Assembly: GCA_021787845.1 (NCBI GenBank)
Contig: JAJYLH010000001.1
Coordinates: forward strand, 238,736-302,735
Length of the DNA stretch: 64,000 nt
Source: Myxococcales bacterium
GTDB taxonomy: Bacteria > Myxococcota > Myxococcia > Myxococcales > JAJYLH01
Reading direction: 5' to 3'
This document shows positions 48,901-60,472 of this stretch, piece after piece. The position numbers were made by a program, and so were the translations under genes. The notes beneath the pieces are model-generated. The model was not told the origin of the DNA, did not search any database, and saw only the letters and a list, made by a program, of their open reading frames with translations. The stretch's first letter is position 1; every line of letters starts with the position of its first letter.

Positions 48901-50063
48901 CCGAGACGCAGATCGCGGCGGCGGACCTGGACGGCGACAACCTGCCCGACATCATCGCGGTGGGCTACAGCTTCCACCCGGGCACCGGCAACAACGGCAT
49001 GGATGGCAAGTACGCGAGCGGCCACCTTCTCGTGTTCGATCACACCGGCAAGCTCGAGTTCCAGACCGACCTGTGGACTGGCGACCCGAACGACGGCGAG
49101 CTGGGCAGCGGCCCCACGATAGCGGACCTGGACGGCACCGGCAGTCCGGTGATCATGTTCGAGCGCACCCTCTTCAACTCGGACGGGACCAAGCGCTTCG
49201 ACGTCAAGTACTCCGGAGACGACGGGCACGACGGCTTCCCGATCATCACGCCCATCGACGACAGCGGGAAGGCCAGCATCCTCTACGGCGGCTACGCCTA
49301 CAACGCCGACGGCAGCCTGAAGTGGCAGGCGAAGGGCGTCACCGGGGCGATGGACATGGTCCTCGACGTCGACGGCGACGGGAAGCCGGAAGTGGTGATG
49401 CGCACCGCCCCGGACACCTTCGAGGTGGTCGACGGCGCTACCGGTCAGCTCAAGTACGGTCCGTTCACCTGGACCATTCCGGACAGCATCTGCTCGGCGC
49501 CGATGGCGGCGGCGGACGTCAACGGCGACGGAAAGCCCGAAATCATCATCCCCTCGGGCGACTTCGTGCACGTGTTCAACCCGGTGACCGGCCAGGAGCT
49601 GTGGAAGGCTCCGGTCCACGACTACGGCGACCAGTGCGGCGCCTCGGGCTCCGCCGCCTTCGACTTCCAGGGCGACGGGCACTACGACGTCGTCTACCAC
49701 GACACCGACCACATGTACGTCTTCAACGGCCGCAACGGGCAGACGCTCTACGAGGCCGACCGTTCGAGCTCGACGCTCCTCGAGACGCCGGTCATCGCCG
49801 ACGTCGACAACGACGGGCACGCCGACCTGGTGATGACCAACGAAAACGGCGTTTCGCCGATCCCGACCGGCATCTCCGGCATCCAGGTGCTCTCGAACGA
49901 GGGCAACGACTGGCCGGCGACCCGGCGCATCTGGAACGAGCACGAGTACCACCAGAGCAACGTGAACGAGAACGACACCGTGCCCCGGGTCGAGCTGCCG
50001 AGCTGGAAGACCAACAACAACTGGCGGGCGCAGCCGCCCTTGTGCAAGAAGACGGCCCAGTGA
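45954..50063 (+). CDS. giant cell-surface lipoprotein with multiple repeated beta-sandwich domains and a C-terminal FG-GAP/VCBS-like beta-propeller
   Basis: Lipobox LLVAAGACDC. There are at least 8 repeats of about 95 aa carrying D/NFG(D/T)V.VG, conserved Cys pairs and a TxT...Y pattern (choice-of-anchor-D/ASH-like). The C-terminus has DxDGDG calcium-binding blade motifs (DLDGDNLPD, DVDGDGKPE, DVNGDGKPE, DFQGDGHYD, DVDNDGHAD). Confidence 0.7.
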   Translation: MTAHHILGSWPRAGRWRALAVVALLVAAGACDCNGTKLNQASTGVTLVDPPGTPDQIERTIDFGTVTVETLHTHEIVLRNDGTVSARITKVQLITHNTDVYLTNTNPLPLLQTKETFTMEVRWLPAAVETLSGQVVIETDSPSTPKYLIDLKGKAATTKIDVCSTDQNGKEICVSTAPGGHLVVPLGSARPGTTAQKPLVIKDLGDATLTVTRVAPTSATTTEITTVAAAGVNPRSDGSFDVAAQKSATYDVNFKPIIGGPVDGFIEILSDDPNQPQILVEVTAMGDAAHLCVVPSSLSLDFGDVNVGTTAHAPAPGIELSSCGTEPVTIYKLALLNPDNAPDVFGMSGTPSLPATLNPGDKIDLDMTYSPTAMEDDDGQLNIWIHDPTAANASLKQDGWVTLHGRGVECLLQAVPNPVDFGDVPVAAGSTAVRTVSVRAVGSGECQITDARMPNAPFAVVKAPTLPLTLPPGQTTTYQVSFTPTSTGQATDKLSLVDSAGTLDIDLIGNGAQAPPCDLVAQPPSVTFANASTGSSTTQNVIVKNIGSSDCDIRQGGMTASSSPDFTATIPGGIGASVPAGGTMTVPVTFKPTTSGTATGTLEIVYDDPNTCSGFNCGPCMGPPLPCTGPKLDVPIQGGTLAPAICIYPTELDWSSVAPGNSAPRSFTITSCGAGALALNGITLAAGSSRAFEVTQMVQGTGPTALTLPTYLDAGKTATVTVTYSPTTNGGDFGRVTVLNGDPSNPSAAVKLVGNASNVCDTELSCNETKLSFPVMEEGRTAAMSLVCYNAGSQPATITSATFASGTSGEFSVTAGRLPVTVPPGGTIRLTVSYTPQDVGSDSGELDIQGACDPVAIALDGAGKAPDYPACEPPRVFNPQVKWSWNGQGALQPGSNNVEMGPIVVNLEDTNGDGKIDENDIPDVVFATCSGQTCCINCMNISGGSFAQTDFAGKAMLRAVSGKSGQTLWTAVDPTGKPYDLTAETQIAAADLDGDNLPDIIAVGYSFHPGTGNNGMDGKYASGHLLVFDHTGKLEFQTDLWTGDPNDGELGSGPTIADLDGTGSPVIMFERTLFNSDGTKRFDVKYSGDDGHDGFPIITPIDDSGKASILYGGYAYNADGSLKWQAKGVTGAMDMVLDVDGDGKPEVVMRTAPDTFEVVDGATGQLKYGPFTWTIPDSICSAPMAAADVNGDGKPEIIIPSGDFVHVFNPVTGQELWKAPVHDYGDQCGASGSAAFDFQGDGHYDVVYHDTDHMYVFNGRNGQTLYEADRSSSTLLETPVIADVDNDGHADLVMTNENGVSPIPTGISGIQVLSNEGNDWPATRRIWNEHEYHQSNVNENDTVPRVELPSWKTNNNWRAQPPLCKKTAQ

Positions 50064-51004
50064 GCATCGACCGCGCGGGGCTCTCGGCGCAGCTCGCTCA
50101 CACGCTTAGCGAGACCGCTCTCGCTGGGCTCGCGTCGCCGCGGCGGGGGAAGGTGCGGGACGTCTACCGGCTCGACGCCGAGCGGCTCCTCCTCGTCGCG
50201 ACCGACCGGGTGAGCGCGTTCGACCGGGTGCTGACCACCATCCCCTTCAAGGGCGAAATCCTCACCGGCCTCTCGCACGCCTGGTTCGAGCGCACGCGCG
50301 ACATCGCGCGAAATCACCTGCTCGAACGGCCCGACCCGGCGGCGCTCGTCGTGCGCTCTCTCTCGCCGGTGCCGGTCGAGGTGGTAGTCCGCGGCTTTCT
50401 CGCCGGGTCGATCGCGCGGGACTACGCGGCGGGGAAGCGGGAGCTGTACGGGCTCAGGCTGCCGGACGGCATCGCTCCCGGGGAGCGTCTCGACCCGCCG
50501 CTCGTGACGCCGACGACCAAGGAAGAGGTCGGCACCCACGATCGGCCGGTGAGCGAGACCGAGGTGGTGGCGCGCGGCCTCGTGCCCGCCGGGACCTGGG
50601 CCGAGATCCGGGAGAAGGCGCTCGCGCTCTTCGAGGCCGGCCAGGCGTGGGCGAGAGCGCACGGGCTCGAGCTGGTCGACACCAAGTACGAGTTCGGGCT
50701 GGACCGGGCGGGAAGCGTCTGGCTCATCGACGAGGTCCACACGCCGGACTCGTCGCGCTACTGGCGGCAAACGCCGCAAGGTCCGCAGGCGCTCGACAAG
50801 GAGTTCCTGCGCCAGTGGCTCCTTTCGCGCGGCTGGAAAGGCGACGGGCCGCCGCCCGAGATTCCGGACTCGACGCGGGTCGACCTCGCCCAACGCTACG
50901 CCGAGCTCTTCGAGACGCTCGAGGGACGCCCGCCGCCGCTCGCCGTCGGCGCGAGCCGGGACCGGCTGGAGCAGAACCTGCGCCGCGCGGGCCTCATCGC
51001 GTAG
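50060..51004 (+). CDS. purC: phosphoribosylaminoimidazole-succinocarboxamide (SAICAR) synthase
   Basis: RRGKVRDVYRL...LLLVATDRVSAFD and the conserved PurC core. There is no in-frame ATG, so a GTG start overlapping the upstream TGA (GTGA) is proposed. It is internal to track ORF 48506..51004. Confidence 0.8.
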   Translation: MSIDRAGLSAQLAHTLSETALAGLASPRRGKVRDVYRLDAERLLLVATDRVSAFDRVLTTIPFKGEILTGLSHAWFERTRDIARNHLLERPDPAALVVRSLSPVPVEVVVRGFLAGSIARDYAAGKRELYGLRLPDGIAPGERLDPPLVTPTTKEEVGTHDRPVSETEVVARGLVPAGTWAEIREKALALFEAGQAWARAHGLELVDTKYEFGLDRAGSVWLIDEVHTPDSSRYWRQTPQGPQALDKEFLRQWLLSRGWKGDGPPPEIPDSTRVDLAQRYAELFETLEGRPPPLAVGASRDRLEQNLRRAGLIA

Positions 51005-51070
51005 CGGGCTTCGCCACCTCGCGGGTATCGGCATCCGTGGGTGCGCCCTCTTCGCCGCGCGAAGGGGCCG

Positions 51071-51100
51071 ACGGGACCGATCGGACCGATCGGTCCGACC
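51071..51100. repeat. palindromic intergenic repeat, copy 3
   Basis: acgggaccgatcggaccgatcggtccgacc (14-bp palindrome GGACCGATCGGTCC), about 67 nt 3' of the purC stop. Confidence 0.8.
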
Positions 51101-51150
51101 GGCGGCAGAGAAGGGCCCGAACCTCGAGCGAGCCGGAGAGCACGTCAGCT

Positions 51151-51861
51151 ATGTTCCCTGAGGGTCGACCTGCGGAGCGCGCGATGGCCGATGCGGTGGG
51201 CAAGAGCGGTCCCGAAAAGCGGCGGGACGTCCGGGTAGCGGCACGGCTGTCGGTGCACTACCGGATGGAGGGCATCGAGAACCTGCTCGAGTGGTACTCG
51301 GCGAACATCTCCTACAACGGCATCTTCATCGTCACGACCCGGCAGCCGCCGGTCGGCTCCGAAGTCTGGTTCGACCTGCGGACCGCGGGCGACGTGGTCG
51401 CTTTCGAAGGAAGCGGCATCGTCCGGTGGGTGCGGCCGGACACCGGCAGCGACGCCCTCCCGCCCGGAATCGGCCTCGAGTTCACCAGCCTGACCGGGGA
51501 GAACCGCCGCCGGGTCCGGGACCTGGTCGACAGCTTCCTCGCCCAGGTCGCCGCGGGAGTCGAGCCGCCGCGGCCGACCACCCGCGACATCGCCGGCCCG
51601 GTTAGCAGCAGCCCAGCCGCTCTGCTACCGTGGACGGAGCCGGAGAAGGCCGAGGCCGGGGTGGCGCCGGGCGCGTCGAAACCGGTGCCCTCGCCGCCGC
51701 CGATGCCGGCCGTGTCGACGCCGGCGCCACCGACAACCCCCGTGTCGACGCCGCCATCGCCGACGGCGCCGCCCCAACTCGCCGGGAGCACGGCCGTGCT
51801 GGCGCTCCTCTTCGGCGCCGCGCTCGTCGCCCTCGTCCTCTACGCCATCCTGCGCAAGTGA
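51151..51861 (+). CDS. PilZ-domain protein with Pro-rich linker and C-terminal transmembrane anchor
   Basis: RxxxR (KRRDVRV) and D/NxSxxG (NISYNGIFI) PilZ motifs. Followed by a PxxP-rich spacer and a terminal hydrophobic helix (AVLALLFGAALVALVLYAIL) ending RK. Confidence 0.65.
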   Translation: MFPEGRPAERAMADAVGKSGPEKRRDVRVAARLSVHYRMEGIENLLEWYSANISYNGIFIVTTRQPPVGSEVWFDLRTAGDVVAFEGSGIVRWVRPDTGSDALPPGIGLEFTSLTGENRRRVRDLVDSFLAQVAAGVEPPRPTTRDIAGPVSSSPAALLPWTEPEKAEAGVAPGASKPVPSPPPMPAVSTPAPPTTPVSTPPSPTAPPQLAGSTAVLALLFGAALVALVLYAILRK

Positions 51862-52793
51862 GCGCCGCCCGCGGCCGGTTCGCGCCGTCGCCGACCGGCG
51901 ACCTGCACCTGGGCAATGCCCGGACCGCGCTTCTCGCCTGGCTCGATGCGCGCTCGCAAGGTGGCGTCTTCGTCTTGCGGATGGAGGACCTCGACCCGCA
52001 GCGCTCCAGGCCAGCGGCAGCCGTGCAGATCCTCGACGACTTGAAGTGGCTGGGGCTCGACTGGGAGGAGGGCCCGGACCTCGGCGGCGCTTTCGCCCCC
52101 TACGAGCAGTCGCGGCGCGCGGAGATCTACCGCGTGGCCGTCGAGCGGCTCCTCGACGACGGAAGAGCCTTTCGCTGCAGTTGCTCGCGCGCGGACGTTG
52201 CGCGCGCGGCGGGCGCGCCGCACGCGAGCGAGGAGGGCGCGCGCTATCCTGGAACGTGCCGGGCGGGACCGGCGCAGCCCGGCGGGCCGACGGCGGTCCG
52301 CCTCCGGGTCGACGCTGGCAGCGTGTCGTTCGTCGATCGGGTCGCGGGAGCGCAATCGTTCGACGTGGCGGCGGCGGGCGACTTCGTCATGCAGCGGGCC
52401 GATGGGGTCGCCGCCTACCAGCTCGCGGTCGCGGTCGACGACGCGGCGATGGGGATTACGCGGGTGGTGCGGGGCGATGACCTGCTCTCGTCGACGCCGC
52501 GGCAGCTTCTGGTCTATCGCGCGCTGGGTCTTCCTCCGCCGGAATTCGCGCACGTGCCGCTGCTCGTCGGCGCCGACGGCCAGCGGCTGGCCAAGCGAGG
52601 AGGAGCGCTCGCGCTCGGCGCGCTTCGGGCGCGCGGGGTGCGGCCGGAGCGCCTGGTCGGGTGGCTCGCGGCCACGGCCGGGGTGGGCGACGGCCAGGCG
52701 GCCCAGCCGGGCGAGCTCGTGGCCGGGTTTCGGATCGATCGCGTGGTTCGAGAGCCTGCCGTGGTAACCGAAAGCGCTCTCGCCGAGCTATAG
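51858..52793 (+). CDS. gluQ: glutamyl-Q tRNA(Asp) synthetase
   Basis: GRFAPSPTGDLHLGN (HIGH-like) and a truncated GluRS catalytic core with no anticodon-binding domain. The GTG start overlaps the PilZ gene stop (GTGA). Confidence 0.8.
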   Translation: MSAARGRFAPSPTGDLHLGNARTALLAWLDARSQGGVFVLRMEDLDPQRSRPAAAVQILDDLKWLGLDWEEGPDLGGAFAPYEQSRRAEIYRVAVERLLDDGRAFRCSCSRADVARAAGAPHASEEGARYPGTCRAGPAQPGGPTAVRLRVDAGSVSFVDRVAGAQSFDVAAAGDFVMQRADGVAAYQLAVAVDDAAMGITRVVRGDDLLSSTPRQLLVYRALGLPPPEFAHVPLLVGADGQRLAKRGGALALGALRARGVRPERLVGWLAATAGVGDGQAAQPGELVAGFRIDRVVREPAVVTESALAEL

Positions 52794-52993
52794 GGGTGGC
52801 GGCCGGGCGAACGTGGCTCGAGCGGTGCCCGCCGCGGCAACCGGGAGCCGGAGAAAGAGGCGGCGCCGCTCGTTCACCCCCCAATCGATTCCCGCTCGCC
52901 GGCAAAGGGCGGCGCGCAGGCACCTTGCGAGCGCGCGCGAGCGCATGCTACTTGCGCCGGCGCGATCGGCCCTCTTCTGACGAGGAACTTCGA

Positions 52994-53737
52994 ATGTCTG
53001 GCCACAACCGATGGACCAAGATCAAGCACAAGAAGGAGGCGATGGGCGCCACCAAGGGCGCCGCCTTCACCAAGATTTCTCGGGAGCTCACGGTGTCCGC
53101 GCGCATCGGTGGCGGCGACCCGGACAACAACTTCCGCCTGCGCGCGGCCATCGACGCGGCGAGAGCCGTGAACATGCCGGGCGATACGCTCCAGCGCGCC
53201 ATCAAGAAGGGCACCGGCGAGCTCGAAGGCGTGGCCTACGAAGAGCTGCGCTACGAGGGCTACGGGCCGAGCGGCATCGCGGTCATCGTCGAGTGCGTCA
53301 CCGACAACAAGAACCGCACCGCGAGCGAAATCCGCAGCCTCTTCTCCAAGGGCGGCGGGAACCTGGGCGAGTCGGGGAGCGTCAACTTCCTCTTCGACCG
53401 CAAGGGCGTCGTCGAGGTCAAGGCGGGCCCCTCCGAGGACCAGGTGATGGAGGCGGCGCTGGAGGCGGGCGCCGAGGACGTGGTCGACGCCGGCGAAGAC
53501 GGTTTCGAGGTGCGGTGCGACACCGGGGCGACGTTCCAGGTGGCCGAGGCGCTGTCGAAGAAGGGCTTCAAGCTGGGCGAAACCAAGGTCCGGTTCCTCC
53601 CGCTCAACACCATCGCGCTCGACGCCGAGGCGACCCACAAGGCGCTGCGGCTCTTGAACAACCTCGAAGACTGCGATGACGTGCAGTCGGTCTACTCGAA
53701 CGCGGACTTCGACGAGGCGGCGCTGGATGAGGAGTAG
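52994..53737 (+). CDS. yebC: YebC/PmpR-family transcriptional regulator
   Basis: 247 aa starting MSGHNRWTKIKHKK, with conserved YebC blocks throughout. Confidence 0.9.
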   Translation: MSGHNRWTKIKHKKEAMGATKGAAFTKISRELTVSARIGGGDPDNNFRLRAAIDAARAVNMPGDTLQRAIKKGTGELEGVAYEELRYEGYGPSGIAVIVECVTDNKNRTASEIRSLFSKGGGNLGESGSVNFLFDRKGVVEVKAGPSEDQVMEAALEAGAEDVVDAGEDGFEVRCDTGATFQVAEALSKKGFKLGETKVRFLPLNTIALDAEATHKALRLLNNLEDCDDVQSVYSNADFDEAALDEE

Positions 53738-54130
53738 GAGCGCTCCCGGAAGGCGAAATCGAAGCGGGACCCGCGGGTGGCCGGGTGGGGTATTGTTCTA
53801 ATAATAGACCTTGCCCACCCGCTCGACACACCTGGAGCCGGACTCGGAGCCGGACGCGTGAATGTCCGGGTCGGGCACGACGTCCCGGGGAAATCCGGAC
53901 CCTTCCGTGTCCGGCTCCAACGTCTGGGAGGGTGTCAACCGGATAGGCATGGACTAGACAAGCCGTGGTTCCGGGCCTCTGGCTCGGATCCCGGCAAGAC
54001 GCCGGGCACTGCGATCATCGTCCGGTCGCTCTGGGTGCACCTGGGCACTGACGTGTCCGACTCCATTTCTCCTCGAGGTGTCCGGCTCCCCTTCCGGCTG
54101 GGCGTGGTGGTCGTGGTCCTCTCTCGTCCC

Positions 54131-54628
54131 ATGCGCGTTCTCGGCATCGACCCCGGCACTCGGCATTGCGGCTTCGGCGTCGTCGAGGTCCGTTCCGGGT
54201 CGCGCCTCGTCCACATCGCGCACGGGGTGATCTCGCCCAGGCCGTCGGACCCGCTGGAGCTGAGGCTGGGCGCGATCTTCGACGGGCTCTCCGAGGTCGT
54301 GCGCGACCACGCGCCGACCGCCTGCTCCGTCGAGGAGGTCTTCTTTGCCGCGAACGTGAAGAGCGCGCTGACGCTCGGTCACGCCCGCGGGGTCGCGCTG
54401 CTCGTCGCCGCGCGCGCGGGCCTGGCCGTGAACGCCTACCCGCCGGCGGTCATCAAACAGGCCGTGGTCGGCACCGGCCGCGCGGAAAAATCGCAGGTCG
54501 CGCGGATGGTCTCGGTTATCCTCGGCCTGCCGCCGATCGAACGCTCCGACGCCTCCGACGCCCTCGCCATCGCCATCACCCACGCGACCCGCGGCGGCGT
54601 TCCCACCCTGCTCTCGCCGAGGCCCTGA
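54131..54628 (+). CDS. ruvC: crossover junction endodeoxyribonuclease RuvC
   Basis: Starts MRVLGIDPGTRHCGFGVVE, with the catalytic DASDALAIA motif. Confidence 0.9.
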   Translation: MRVLGIDPGTRHCGFGVVEVRSGSRLVHIAHGVISPRPSDPLELRLGAIFDGLSEVVRDHAPTACSVEEVFFAANVKSALTLGHARGVALLVAARAGLAVNAYPPAVIKQAVVGTGRAEKSQVARMVSVILGLPPIERSDASDALAIAITHATRGGVPTLLSPRP

Positions 54629-54629
54629 C

Positions 54630-55238
54630 ATGATCGCCTACCTGCGCGGCCAGCTTCTGGAGAAAGCCCCGGACGGGGTGGTCGTCGACGTCCACGGCGT
54701 CGGCTACAAGGTCGCGCTCTCGCAAAGCTCGCTCAAGGCGCTGCCGGACGCCGGCGCTCCCGTGGAGCTGCGCATCCACACCCACGTGCGCGAGGACGCC
54801 ATCCTCCTGTTCGGCTTCACCTCTCCCGAGGAGCAGGAGCTCTTCGGACACCTGACGACGGTCAGTGGCGTGGGGCCCAAGCTCGCGTTGAACATCCTCT
54901 CGGGCCTGCCGGCACCGGACCTCGCGCACGCCATCGCGAGCAACGACCTGGCACGGCTGACCAAGCTCTCCGGCGTCGGGAAGAAGACCGCCGAGCGGCT
55001 GGTGGTCGAGCTCGCGGACCGGCTGAAGACGAGTGCGCTCCTGCTCAGAGGGACCGCAAGCGCCAAGCCGAAGGCGAAGGCGGCCGGCGACGACCTGGTC
55101 AGCGCGCTCACGAACCTGGGCTACCGGCCGGCCGACGCGGAGCGGGCGGCGAGCGCGGCGCGGGAGAGCCATCCCGACGCCGAGCTGGCGGAGCAGGTCC
55201 GTGTCGCGTTGCAGATGTTGCTCGCGAAGGCGGTCTGA
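54630..55238 (+). CDS. ruvA: Holliday junction branch-migration protein RuvA
   Basis: Starts MIAYLRGQL, with the HhH motifs GVGPKLA and GVGKKTAERL. Confidence 0.9.
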   Translation: MIAYLRGQLLEKAPDGVVVDVHGVGYKVALSQSSLKALPDAGAPVELRIHTHVREDAILLFGFTSPEEQELFGHLTTVSGVGPKLALNILSGLPAPDLAHAIASNDLARLTKLSGVGKKTAERLVVELADRLKTSALLLRGTASAKPKAKAAGDDLVSALTNLGYRPADAERAASAARESHPDAELAEQVRVALQMLLAKAV

Positions 55239-55270
55239 CGAGCCGAGCATGGTAGGCTTTCGCCGCTCCG

Positions 55271-56311
55271 ATGCCTGACGCCCTCGCCTCCGAACCGCCC
55301 CGCGAAATCGACGCGACCGCGCTGGGCGACGACGTCCAGTTCGACCGGTCGCTGCGGCCGCGCACCTTCGAGGACTACGTCGGGCAGCCGGCGCTGGTGG
55401 CGAACCTCAAGGTCTTCGTCCAGGCGGCGCGGCGGCGGGGCGAGCCGCTCGACCACGTGCTGTTCTGCGGCCCGCCGGGTCTCGGGAAGACGAGCCTCGC
55501 CCACGTCATCGCCCACGAGTTGGGGGCGGACCTCCAGGTCACCAGCGGCCCTGCCGTGGAGCGCAAGGGCGACCTGGCGGGCATCCTGACCAACTTGAAG
55601 AAGGGCGACGTCCTCTTCATCGACGAGATCCATCGGCTCAACCCGGCCATCGAGGAAAATCTCTATCCGGCGATGGAAGACTTCGTCTTCGACCTGGTGA
55701 TCGGCGAGGGGCCGGGCGCGCGCAACATGAAGCTGCCGCTCCAGCCGTTCACGCTGGTCGGCGCGACCACGAGGACCGGGCTCTTGACCGGCCCGTTGCG
55801 CGACCGCTTCGGCATCGTCAACCGGCTCGAGTACTACGCGCCCGAAGAGCTCGCGCGGATCGTCACCCGGTCGGCGCAGATTCTGAGCATCGAGCTCGAC
55901 CCGTCCGGCGCCGAGGAAATCGCCCGCCGCTCCCGGGGCACGCCGCGCATCGCGAACCGGCTCCTCCGGCGGGTACGCGATTTCGCCGAGGTCGAGGGCA
56001 ACGGCGTCGTCAGCCGGGCGATGGCCGACCGTGCCTTGGGGCGCCTTGAGGTCGACGCGCGCGGGCTCGACCCGATGGACCGGAAAATCCTCCGCACCAT
56101 CTGCGACAAGTTCGGGGGGGGTCCGGTAGGGCTGGAGACCATCGCCAGCGCTGTCGGAGAGCAGGCGGACACGGTCGAGGACGTGTACGAGCCGTTCCTC
56201 TTGCAGGAAGGCTTCATCCACCGGACGCCGCGGGGCCGGGTGGCGACGCCGCGCGCGTTCGAGCACCTGGGCCTGCGGCCGCCGCAGCCGAACCAGGGCG
56301 CGATGTTCTAG
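55271..56311 (+). CDS. ruvB: Holliday junction DNA helicase RuvB
   Basis: [12 protein letters not shown], Walker [16 protein letters not shown], and the RuvB C-terminal winged-helix domain. Confidence 0.95.
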   Translation: MPDALASEPPREIDATALGDDVQFDRSLRPRTFEDYVGQPALVANLKVFVQAARRRGEPLDHVLFCGPPGLGKTSLAHVIAHELGADLQVTSGPAVERKGDLAGILTNLKKGDVLFIDEIHRLNPAIEENLYPAMEDFVFDLVIGEGPGARNMKLPLQPFTLVGATTRTGLLTGPLRDRFGIVNRLEYYAPEELARIVTRSAQILSIELDPSGAEEIARRSRGTPRIANRLLRRVRDFAEVEGNGVVSRAMADRALGRLEVDARGLDPMDRKILRTICDKFGGGPVGLETIASAVGEQADTVEDVYEPFLLQEGFIHRTPRGRVATPRAFEHLGLRPPQPNQGAMF

Positions 56312-56394
56312 GTCGGCTGCCCAGGGGGTAGCCGTGACCGCTCTTGCTCACCCGTGCTGGGGGCGGCCTGCGGGTGCCCTCGACCCGAAGCCAT

Positions 56395-56445
56395 TCGCGA
56401 TCAGACCGATCCGTCCGATCCGACCGATCGGTCCGATCCTCGCGT
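56395..56445. repeat. palindromic intergenic repeat, copy 4
   Basis: cgcgatcagaccgatccgtccgatccgaccgatcggtccgatcctcgcg, lying between the convergent ruvB and lon stops. Confidence 0.8.
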
Positions 56446-56471
56446 GCGTCGGAAAGCGGCCTTGACGCCGT

Positions 56472-58922
<2,451 letters not shown>

Positions 58923-59140
58923 CTTGTCTCCTCGGGAAACGGCGAGGCGTGGGGGCGCACGAGCCGTCCGGCGTGAGGCCAACCGGAAACATAGCCGCGT
59001 TCGCGCTTCCTGCAAGACTTCGACTGGAAAGGTTTCCCTTCGTTGCGCAGGCGGGCGTCCGGCCGCACCGTCACAACCGCCGCCCCCTGGTCGGGCGCCG
59101 AAGGTTCCCGAACGCTTTCGAGGGAGGACGAGACAAGGCG

Positions 59141-60463
59141 ATGCGCAGGGTCGTCCGGGTCGCCAGCGCCGCGGCGCTCGTTGCCGTCCTCTCCTGCCAG
59201 GACCAGGTCTTCGAGCCAGTCAAGAACGGGCTCGTCGCCTCCGCCGATTTGGAGGGCGACGTCCGGGTGACGACGAAAGCCGACCTCCTCTTCGTCATCG
59301 ACGACTCCGCCTCGATGGCGGGCGAGCAGGACAAGCTCGCCCAAGGCTTCCCGGCGCTGCTCCAGAAGCTCGACCAGCTCGACCCGCCGGTCGACTACCG
59401 GCTCGCGGTCCTCACCACCTCGGTCGACGAGCGGTTCGGTCCCTGCGACCCGACCGATCCGCAGGCGCCGGACATCTGCTCGGCGGAGTTCGGCGGAACC
59501 GGTTTCGCCTGCGAGGCCGGCGCGTGCGTCAAGCGCTTCCCCGACCGCGCCGGGCACCTCTTCGCCGCGCCCGGAAACCCGGCCGTGCTCGACAGCGCCG
59601 ACTACTCGCCGCCCGAGCTCGCGACGCTCTTCGCCCAGAACGTCCACGTGGGGCTCGAGGGCTCCAGCCAAGAGCAACCGCTACGGGCCTTCGAGACCGC
59701 TCTCGACTCCGGTGGCCTCGCCGGCTTCTTGCGCGACGACGCCCGGCTCGTCCTCTTCATCGCCTCCGACGAGGACGACTGCTCCGACTCGACCGGGAAG
59801 TTCCTCGCCTACACCGACCAGAACGGCACCTTCACCGACCAGTGCGCCGAGGCCTCGGCCCGCGGCACCGGCCAGCTCGACTCCGTTTCCGCTTTCGAGC
59901 AGCGGCTCCGGTCGCTCGAGGCGGGCGGGAAAGCGCGCGAGGTGGCCGCCGGCGCTGTCGTGGGGCTCGACCCCGCCACCCAGCAGCCCGCGACCTGCAC
60001 CGACCCGGCCTGCGCCCAGCGCTGTCAGGGGGCCGCCACCGCTGCCGCCTGCCAGCAGCAGTGCCAGGGAGCGTTACGGCCGACCCTGTGCGAGAGCGAT
60101 TGCGTGGACCAGTGCGTCGCCTTCTGCGGCTCCCACGTCCCGGGCCGGCGCATCGCCCGGCTCGTGCGCGACCTGGGCGGCCCGGTGTCGTCCATCTGCG
60201 AGCCCGACTTCGGTCCGGCGCTCGCGCGCCTCGCCCGGGTGATCGGGATTCCCACTTCGCTCGACCTGCCCAGCGTTCCCGGCGACGACCGGGCCTTCTT
60301 CTTCACCGTCACCCGCGCCGGCCGCACCCTCGATTGCGCGATGGGCCGCGACTTCACCCTCGACCGCACGAGCGACCCGCCGGAAATGACCATCGAAAAG
60401 AGCGGCGCCTGCCGGCTGATGCCGGGCGACCATTGGTCGATTCGCTACCTGGCGGCGCCCTGA
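59141..60463 (+). CDS. vWA-domain lipoprotein, Cys-rich
   Basis: MRRVVRVASAAALVAVLSCQ lipobox with a GAGGGAGGACGAG RBS. MIDAS motif LLFVIDDSASM. The C-terminal half is Cys-rich with CQ..C repeats. Confidence 0.55.
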   Translation: MRRVVRVASAAALVAVLSCQDQVFEPVKNGLVASADLEGDVRVTTKADLLFVIDDSASMAGEQDKLAQGFPALLQKLDQLDPPVDYRLAVLTTSVDERFGPCDPTDPQAPDICSAEFGGTGFACEAGACVKRFPDRAGHLFAAPGNPAVLDSADYSPPELATLFAQNVHVGLEGSSQEQPLRAFETALDSGGLAGFLRDDARLVLFIASDEDDCSDSTGKFLAYTDQNGTFTDQCAEASARGTGQLDSVSAFEQRLRSLEAGGKAREVAAGAVVGLDPATQQPATCTDPACAQRCQGAATAAACQQQCQGALRPTLCESDCVDQCVAFCGSHVPGRRIARLVRDLGGPVSSICEPDFGPALARLARVIGIPTSLDLPSVPGDDRAFFFTVTRAGRTLDCAMGRDFTLDRTSDPPEMTIEKSGACRLMPGDHWSIRYLAAP

Positions 60464-60472
60464 CGGAGCCGG

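Noticed and set aside
45867-49952. 1361-aa minus-strand ORF
   Set aside because: Antisense to the giant lipoprotein gene, which has clear repeat-domain structure and a lipobox.
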